Origin: Candidatus Omnitrophota bacterium
Lineage (GTDB): Bacteria > Omnitrophota > Gorgyraeia > Zapsychrales > Zapsychraceae
Length of the DNA: 64,000 bases
Direction: 5' to 3'
Assembly: GCA_018812705.1 (NCBI GenBank)
Contig: JAHJCZ010000028.1
Coordinates: forward strand, 11,092-75,091
The position numbers and the translations under genes are program-made. The notes beneath the pieces were generated by a model. That model made no database searches. It worked only from the letters and a program-made list of their open reading frames with translations, and was not told the DNA's origin. Shown here piece after piece: positions 58,676 through 64,000 of this stretch; within the stretch, counting starts at the first letter, position 1, and each line of letters opens with the position of its first letter.

Positions 58676-60253
58676 ATGTTAAAAATATTACGAAAAAAAG
58701 GTGTTGCAAAAAAGATCATTTGGTTCATTGCGATAGTAATTATTATTTCTTTTGGTTTTTTCGGAACTGCTAGCTTGTTAAGCAACCAAAGAAATACTGG
58801 CTATGCCGGCAAAATTTTTGGAAAAAAAATATCCTTTGATCAATTTGAAAAAGTTTATGGTCATGTTGCTATTCAAGCGCTAATAAAATATGGAGATAAT
58901 TTTAATAAAATAAGGGAACATCTTGACCTTGAATCTCAAACATGGGACAGATTGATCATGTTACATGAAGCAAAAAAGAGAGGAATAACCATTAAGGACG
59001 AAGAAGTGGTCAAAGCTATCGAAGATTACGATTTCTTTAAAAGAAATGGTGAATTTGACCCTTCCCTATATGACAATATCCTTAGATACGTTCTAAGAGT
59101 AAAAACTAGGGATTTCGAAGAGAGCATTAGAGACACACTTAAATTTAAAAAATTATTCGATAAAGAAACATCTTCTATCTTTCCCTCGGAAGAAGCGATC
59201 TTCCAATTTTACAAAAAGAAGAATGAAAAAGTTCAAATAAGCTACATACTGGTCACATCACAAGATTTTACCAACCAACTATCGATCAATGAGAACGCTG
59301 CCAAAGAATATTACAGTCAAAACAAAACTAAATTCCAAATTCCTTCAACAATAAACGTTGAATTCGTAAAAATGCCCCTCCAAGAACTAGTACCAGAACC
59401 TAATGCAGAATTGTCATCAGAAGAAACTGCGAACAATAATGAAATCTCAAACAAAAATAATGAAATTGCAAAAACAAATAACATAATAAGAGAACAGGCA
59501 AATGTAATTTACTATGAGTCAGTAGACAATCCTGATACTTTCGCAAAAATTGCAAAAGACAACAATTTAGAAATACAAAGGAGCGGGTTTTTTAGCGAAG
59601 AAAAACCAAATCTTAATTTAGGCTGGCCTTATGAATTCTTAAGTATGGTTTTCAACTTAGAGAAAGGTGCGATAAACGAGCCTTTAGAAACGACAAACGC
59701 AATTTACATAACAAAAGTAATTGAGAAAAAAGCATCCTACACTCCCGCGTTTGAGGATGCAAGACAAGCAGTAGCACAAGAGCTAATTAAGATCAAATCA
59801 AAGGAAATTGCTAAACAAAAAGCTGAGGAACATTTAACTGCTATCAAAGAGGAACTTGATAAAACTAAACTAAAAGATTTTACAAAAGCAGCAAAGAACC
59901 TTGGACTTGAGATCAGGCAAACTCCAGTTTTCAATAGAGGGCAATATCTTCCATCTGTAGGGATTTCTATGAATTTTCAAGAAACAGCTTTTCTTTTAGA
60001 TAATGAGAATAAAATCAGTGAAGTTGTTGAAATAGATAATGGCTACTGCATTTTACATCAAGATAGCTATATCCCAATTGACAAAACTAAATTCGAGAAG
60101 GAAAAAGAGGAACTGTCAGAAACTTTAATTAGCAATATTAGAAACCAAGCCTTCAATGACTTTTTAGTAAGATTAAGGCTTGCAGCAAAGCTGGATAACA
60201 ACCTTCAAAGGCTAAGAGAATTAGCCGCTCAGCAGGAACAACAAGCAAGATAA
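58676..60253 (+). CDS. ppiD: Membrane-anchored periplasmic peptidyl-prolyl isomerase/chaperone, PpiD-like (SurA_N plus parvulin-type domain)
   Basis: An N-terminal TM helix then a SurA-N-like region (GKKISFDQFEKVYGHVAIQALIKYGDNF...LIMLHEAKKRGITIKDEEVVKAIEDYDFF), matching the PpiD architecture. Confidence 0.65.
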   Translation: MLKILRKKGVAKKIIWFIAIVIIISFGFFGTASLLSNQRNTGYAGKIFGKKISFDQFEKVYGHVAIQALIKYGDNFNKIREHLDLESQTWDRLIMLHEAKKRGITIKDEEVVKAIEDYDFFKRNGEFDPSLYDNILRYVLRVKTRDFEESIRDTLKFKKLFDKETSSIFPSEEAIFQFYKKKNEKVQISYILVTSQDFTNQLSINENAAKEYYSQNKTKFQIPSTINVEFVKMPLQELVPEPNAELSSEETANNNEISNKNNEIAKTNNIIREQANVIYYESVDNPDTFAKIAKDNNLEIQRSGFFSEEKPNLNLGWPYEFLSMVFNLEKGAINEPLETTNAIYITKVIEKKASYTPAFEDARQAVAQELIKIKSKEIAKQKAEEHLTAIKEELDKTKLKDFTKAAKNLGLEIRQTPVFNRGQYLPSVGISMNFQETAFLLDNENKISEVVEIDNGYCILHQDSYIPIDKTKFEKEKEELSETLISNIRNQAFNDFLVRLRLAAKLDNNLQRLRELAAQQEQQAR

Positions 60254-60272
60254 AATTCTGGGTTAAGCTTTG

Positions 60273-60860
60273 TTACTTTTTATATTTGCTTCCTCGCGCG
60301 AAGAAAGATCCATAATCATCAGGAATAAAATGCTCAGTAGCCTTAACAGTACCTGCCGAATCAATAAAATAGAACGTGGGTATCCCTACAACCTGATATT
60401 TTCTGCCAACTGACCCTTCATCATCAAAAAAAACATCAAACTCTACACTATTATTGTTAAGAAAAGCTTTGACCACTGTTTCTGTTTCGCCCTCATTGAC
60501 TAGAATAATCTTTATGTTCGTTCTTTCAAACTCTGCTTTCTTATTTGATAACGCCATTAACTGTGAACGGCAATGAGGGCACCATGTCGTCCAGAAAAAT
60601 ATAATTGCATTATTGCCATCTCTAAATTTGTCAAAGCTTTTCAATGAACCATCAAGAGTAGACAATTCAAAATCAGGAGCAGGATTACCGACCAAAGAAA
60701 CCTGTCCCCACCTTAATTGGCTACTTGCAGATGCAGGATATAACATTGCTAATAATATAATTAGTGATAAGCTTGCCTTTATAAACATTTTCATGCTTTT
60801 CTTTTCCTTTTCTTTTAAAGAATTCTTGCCTTTAGAGCCATATTGAGTTTTAAAATACAA
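60273..60860 (-). CDS. TlpA/ResA-like thiol-disulfide oxidoreductase (thioredoxin fold); the likely real start is the internal MKMFIKASL signal peptide
   Basis: Thioredoxin active site WCPHC in the context FFWTTWCPHCRSQL. Confidence 0.7.
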   Translation of the reverse strand: MYFKTQYGSKGKNSLKEKEKKSMKMFIKASLSLIILLAMLYPASASSQLRWGQVSLVGNPAPDFELSTLDGSLKSFDKFRDGNNAIIFFWTTWCPHCRSQLMALSNKKAEFERTNIKIILVNEGETETVVKAFLNNNSVEFDVFFDDEGSVGRKYQVVGIPTFYFIDSAGTVKATEHFIPDDYGSFFARGSKYKK

Positions 60861-60869
60861 ATTTGAACA

Positions 60870-61178
60870 TTATATAACTTCTTCGATCCAATCTAAGTAA
60901 TCCTGATCACTATAAATTATCGGCAAAGCAATAATCTCTGGAATATCATAACTATGTATATTTTTGACTTCGATGGTTAGATCTTTAAGATGCTCTTCTT
61001 TAGTTTTAAGGATCAGCAGAACTTCTTTTTCGTTAGCAACCTTTCCTTTCCAAGAAAAGAACGAATCAACATCTTTAACAATATTAGAACAAGCAATCAG
61101 GTTTTGTTCAAGCAATTTCCTGCTAATTGCAGACGCTTCATCAAAATCCTTTGCAGTAACAAGAACAACACAATACAT
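60870..61178 (-). CDS. cutA: Divalent-cation tolerance protein CutA
   Basis: 102-aa CutA1 fold signature (MYCVVLVTAKDFDEASAISRKLLEQNLIACSNI...). Confidence 0.75.
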   Translation of the reverse strand: MYCVVLVTAKDFDEASAISRKLLEQNLIACSNIVKDVDSFFSWKGKVANEKEVLLILKTKEEHLKDLTIEVKNIHSYDIPEIIALPIIYSDQDYLDWIEEVI

Positions 61179-61179
61179 A

Positions 61180-61932
61180 CTATTCCCCTTTTATCATCAT
61201 TATTGATAAATTCCTGCCTGCCAGAGCACCTTCTCTTCTGTATGAAAAATATCTCTCATCACAGCACGTACAAATACCACAATCAAATAAGTTTTTCCCC
61301 TGAGGGAACAATCCTTCTAGCTGATGAATATTTTCCTTAACTAGATCAAACCAATAGCGCCCATCTCTTTCAAAAACGCTATTATCAAATCTTTCCTTGA
61401 ATTCAAGACCTACTTCATAACAGCAGCTTCTAATCGCAGGGCCAAAAACTATTCTTATGTTATCAGGCTCGCTGCTGTACTCATCACATGTCAAGACAAC
61501 TGCCTTTTTAACTATTCCTAAATGCGTAGAACGCCAACCGGCATGAACCAAGCCAACAACCTTGAACTTTTCATCAAATAAAAAAACCGGAACACAGTCA
61601 GCAGTGCGGATCAGAATTGGCAGATCAACAAAATCAGTGATTATTCCGTCTGCTGCCTTCAAGCGGTCTTGAGAAATGTTTTTCTTTACTAACTCGCTTT
61701 TAAATACATCCTTCTTGATCAAAACAATTTCATTTCCGTGAACTTGCTTAATATTCTGGCATTCTTTAATTTTGTTATTTCGTTCTTCTTCTGCATATGA
61801 TCTCAAAAACCGTTCCTGCTCTTCATTAAAGACACTGCCACCATCAGGAAAAGAATAATCTAATGTTCTATCGAAAGTATCCGCCAATATCCAAGACGGA
61901 AAGTAAGATCCCAGCTCTCTACTGCTCTTCAT
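61180..61932 (-). CDS. pgeF: Purine nucleoside phosphorylase / peptidoglycan editing factor, YfiH/PgeF (DUF152) family
   Basis: TADCVPVFLFD...GLVHAGWRS motifs with conserved Cys/His ligands. Confidence 0.8.
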   Translation of the reverse strand: MKSSRELGSYFPSWILADTFDRTLDYSFPDGGSVFNEEQERFLRSYAEEERNNKIKECQNIKQVHGNEIVLIKKDVFKSELVKKNISQDRLKAADGIITDFVDLPILIRTADCVPVFLFDEKFKVVGLVHAGWRSTHLGIVKKAVVLTCDEYSSEPDNIRIVFGPAIRSCCYEVGLEFKERFDNSVFERDGRYWFDLVKENIHQLEGLFPQGKNLFDCGICTCCDERYFSYRREGALAGRNLSIMMIKGE

Positions 61933-63040
61933 CTAACTCGTCTTCCGACTGTGCGGTAACCATCTTGTTTCCCGTTTTAAAATCCTCAATATGCCTGATC
62001 TTCGTATCTAATCTTTCAAAATCTTTATTCTTCACATCTCTATACTTATCTAAAGAATCTTCTATCGACTTTCCAACTTTCTCAAAGCTCAATTTAAAAC
62101 TGTCATAATATTTTGAAAACAATTCAATGTGCTTAATGATCTTTTTCAAATTCTTCTCGAACTTAAAATTATCATAAGCTTGCCTTATAACACTAAGCAT
62201 CGCATAAAGTGTAAATGGAGAACATAGAACCACTTTCTTCTTAAGAGAGCTATCCATCAGGTCAGGCGCCATTTCCTGTATCATTCCATAAACCTGTTCA
62301 TTTGGAATGAAAAGAAGGACAAAGTCCAAAGTGTTTGAACCAGGATCAATATAATCCCTGCTTTGGATCTCTTTGATCCGCTCGTTCACATTCTTAATAA
62401 ACTCTTTCTTATAGCTTTCCTTTTCTAGAGCATTATCCGCATTGACAATCTTTAAATAATTATCCAGAGGAAATTTAACATCCATGTTCACAATATGTTC
62501 ATCAGGAAGAAGGAATGTGTAATCTGGCTTTGTAGAACTTGCACCTAATTGTTTTTGCTTCTTATAATTAACACCTTCTATCAGACCCAAATTAATAATA
62601 ATATCTTCAGCCATTCTTTCGCCCCACTGTCCGCGCAATTTCACATTTCCTAAGACATCATTAAGGCGGTTCGTCGTTTTCTGTAATTCATTTGTTGCAA
62701 GTGAAGCGTTTTTAAGCTCGTTTTCTAAGTTGCCATATTTTTGAGTCCTATCTTTTTCAAATTCTCTGACTAACTGGGAATACTTATCTAATTGATCAGT
62801 TAAACCTTTAACAGACCCCTCGACAGCTTCTTTCCTTGTCTCAAATTCTTTAACCGCATTGCCCTGTTCAATTTCAAATTGCTGACGCGCCAATTTCAGA
62901 AATTGATCCTGACTTACAGTTATTTCATCTCTTATTTGCTTTCGCAAAAATCCTAACATTGCAAAAAATGCCGCAAACATAAATCCAGTAAAAACCACTC
63001 CTAAAGAAATTGAAACGATTACCATATTCATAAAATGCAC
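61919..63040 (-). CDS. rmuC: DNA recombination protein RmuC
   Basis: N-terminal TM helix, a long coiled-coil and a RmuC C-terminal nuclease-like domain. Confidence 0.8.
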   Translation of the reverse strand: MHFMNMVIVSISLGVVFTGFMFAAFFAMLGFLRKQIRDEITVSQDQFLKLARQQFEIEQGNAVKEFETRKEAVEGSVKGLTDQLDKYSQLVREFEKDRTQKYGNLENELKNASLATNELQKTTNRLNDVLGNVKLRGQWGERMAEDIIINLGLIEGVNYKKQKQLGASSTKPDYTFLLPDEHIVNMDVKFPLDNYLKIVNADNALEKESYKKEFIKNVNERIKEIQSRDYIDPGSNTLDFVLLFIPNEQVYGMIQEMAPDLMDSSLKKKVVLCSPFTLYAMLSVIRQAYDNFKFEKNLKKIIKHIELFSKYYDSFKLSFEKVGKSIEDSLDKYRDVKNKDFERLDTKIRHIEDFKTGNKMVTAQSEDELDEEQ

Positions 63041-63072
63041 CTATCCTAAAATAACTATTTTTCTATAAAAAA

Positions 63073-63741
63073 CTAATTCAATTTTTCAAAACCATTCAAT
63101 CCGATCAAAGGACATTTTTCACATTGAGGTTTTACCCTGCAATGTTCCTTTGCCAGCTTGACAATTAATGCATGATACTCATTAAAGACTTTCCCGTTTC
63201 GCTCGAGATTATCCATAAAGAACTTTTGAATTACATAGTAATCATCTTCTTGCTTAACAAGGCCATGCCGCGAAAATATCCTTTTCGTATAAGCATCAAC
63301 AACAAATATCGGAACATCTATTGCATAAAGCAGAATTGAATCAGCTGTCTCGGGACCTATTCCATTTACTCTTAACAATTTCTCTCTCAGGATATCAGGT
63401 TTTTCAGAGCCCATCTTCTTTAAGCTTCCCTGATATTCTGATGAAAAAAAACCGATAAAATTCTTAAGCCTTTTTGCTTTTATATTGTAATAACCTGCAG
63501 GCTTTATCAGTAAAGCCAATTTCTCAATTGCAATACTGTCAAGGGCCTTGAATCTCAGCAGGCCTTCAGCCCTTATATTATCCAAAGCCTTTTCTACATT
63601 TACCCAATTTGTATTTTGAGTTAAAATTGCCCCAACGATCACTTCAAACTTTGTCTTTGCCGGCCACCATTTTTGCTTACCATAAACATCAAACAACCTT
63701 TTGTAGATCTGGTTCAGGGCTTTTCTTTTATTCCAATTCAT
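63073..63741 (-). CDS. Endonuclease III-like HhH-GPD base-excision DNA glycosylase with a C-terminal 4Fe-4S cluster loop
   Basis: HhH-GPD signature region VGAILTQNTNW...LLRVNGIGPETADSILLYA and a C-terminal Cys cluster CRVKPQCEKCPL. Confidence 0.7.
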   Translation of the reverse strand: MNWNKRKALNQIYKRLFDVYGKQKWWPAKTKFEVIVGAILTQNTNWVNVEKALDNIRAEGLLRFKALDSIAIEKLALLIKPAGYYNIKAKRLKNFIGFFSSEYQGSLKKMGSEKPDILREKLLRVNGIGPETADSILLYAIDVPIFVVDAYTKRIFSRHGLVKQEDDYYVIQKFFMDNLERNGKVFNEYHALIVKLAKEHCRVKPQCEKCPLIGLNGFEKLN

Positions 63742-63747
63742 TTTAAA

Positions 63748-63888
63748 TTATCGTCGAGGTGTTTTAGAACGTGCTATATCATCAAAGTCCCAGTCCCGCT
63801 CTTTTTTCTTTGGTGCACTGCTACCGCTATCTGGTTCAAAACTCTTTGAATTTAATTTTTGCCTCGGTTTTTTTCCTGACTTTCCCAT
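63748..63888 (-). CDS. Small basic hypothetical protein, 46 aa (MGKSGKKPRQKLNSKSFEPDSGSSAPKKKERDWDFDDIARSKTPRR)
   Basis: ATG with a strong GGAGG RBS 7 nt upstream. The ORF is below the track threshold. No homology recognised. Confidence 0.3.
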   Translation of the reverse strand: MGKSGKKPRQKLNSKSFEPDSGSSAPKKKERDWDFDDIARSKTPRR

Positions 63889-63923
63889 TTAGAACCTCCA
63901 TTATTGAACATTTTACAATAATT

Positions 63924-63951
63924 GAACCTAAATAAACCTAAATAAACCTAT
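63924..63951. repeat. Short tandem repeat, about 2.7 copies of a 10-nt unit (ACCTAAATAA)
   Basis: Read directly from the sequence: aacctaaataaacctaaataaacctatac, near the window end. Confidence 0.3.
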
Positions 63952-64000
63952 ACACTTTCCGTATCTTCTCTGAAATTTCCCATGTGCAATCCAATCCTTC

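Noticed and set aside
1-64000. CRISPR arrays, transposases, integrases, phage genes, restriction-modification or toxin-antitoxin pairs
   Set aside because: No direct-repeat/spacer arrays were seen and no ORF has transposase, integrase or phage hallmarks. The region reads as syntenic core genome. The only PIN-domain protein (YacL) is the conserved membrane-anchored housekeeping type, not a VapC toxin with a partner antitoxin.

Overview
This is a dense, AT-rich window (roughly one third GC by eye) of bacterial core genome, with most genes on the minus strand. I found no transposase, integrase, phage gene or CRISPR array, and no clearly foreign island. The gene content is that of a diderm with an LPS outer membrane: bamA-skp-lpxD-lpxC/fabZ-lpxA-lpxI, lptFG, mlaFED, lolCD. 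The gene order, however, is strikingly Bacillus/Firmicutes-like: hrcA-grpE-dnaK with a CIRCE operator; mcsA-mcsB-clpC-(mla)-radA-yacL-ispD-ispF-cysE-cysS-tmk-holB-yaaT-metG; ispE-spoVG-glmU-prs-ctc-pth-rpsF-ssb-rpsR-rplI-dnaB. Other recognisable genes are hflX, maf, pyrE, comFC, alr, tsaB/tsaE, thiL, mtnA, lysS, hisG, a ppiD-like isomerase, cutA, pgeF, rmuC, an EndoIII-like glycosylase and one tRNA-Gln. I see no clear novel multi-gene system. The points most worth a second look are: two homopolymer-associated frameshifts (tsaB at A11, and the class IV aminotransferase at a G6/C6 tract); a SpoVG carrying an inserted zinc-ribbon; a pair of related long palindromic intergenic elements sharing a GTCCCCTATT motif; a 33-aa ultra-basic ORF (bS22-like) and a 46-aa ORF, each with a good RBS; an unannotated three-gene cluster (membrane protein, MORN-repeat secreted protein, membrane SGNH hydrolase) between hrcA and hflX; and an uncharacterised secreted protein at the head of the mla operon. 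The ORF track evidently shows GTG/TTG starts as M, so several starts are uncertain. My own nucleotide indexing may be off by 1-2 nt for features I located by eye.
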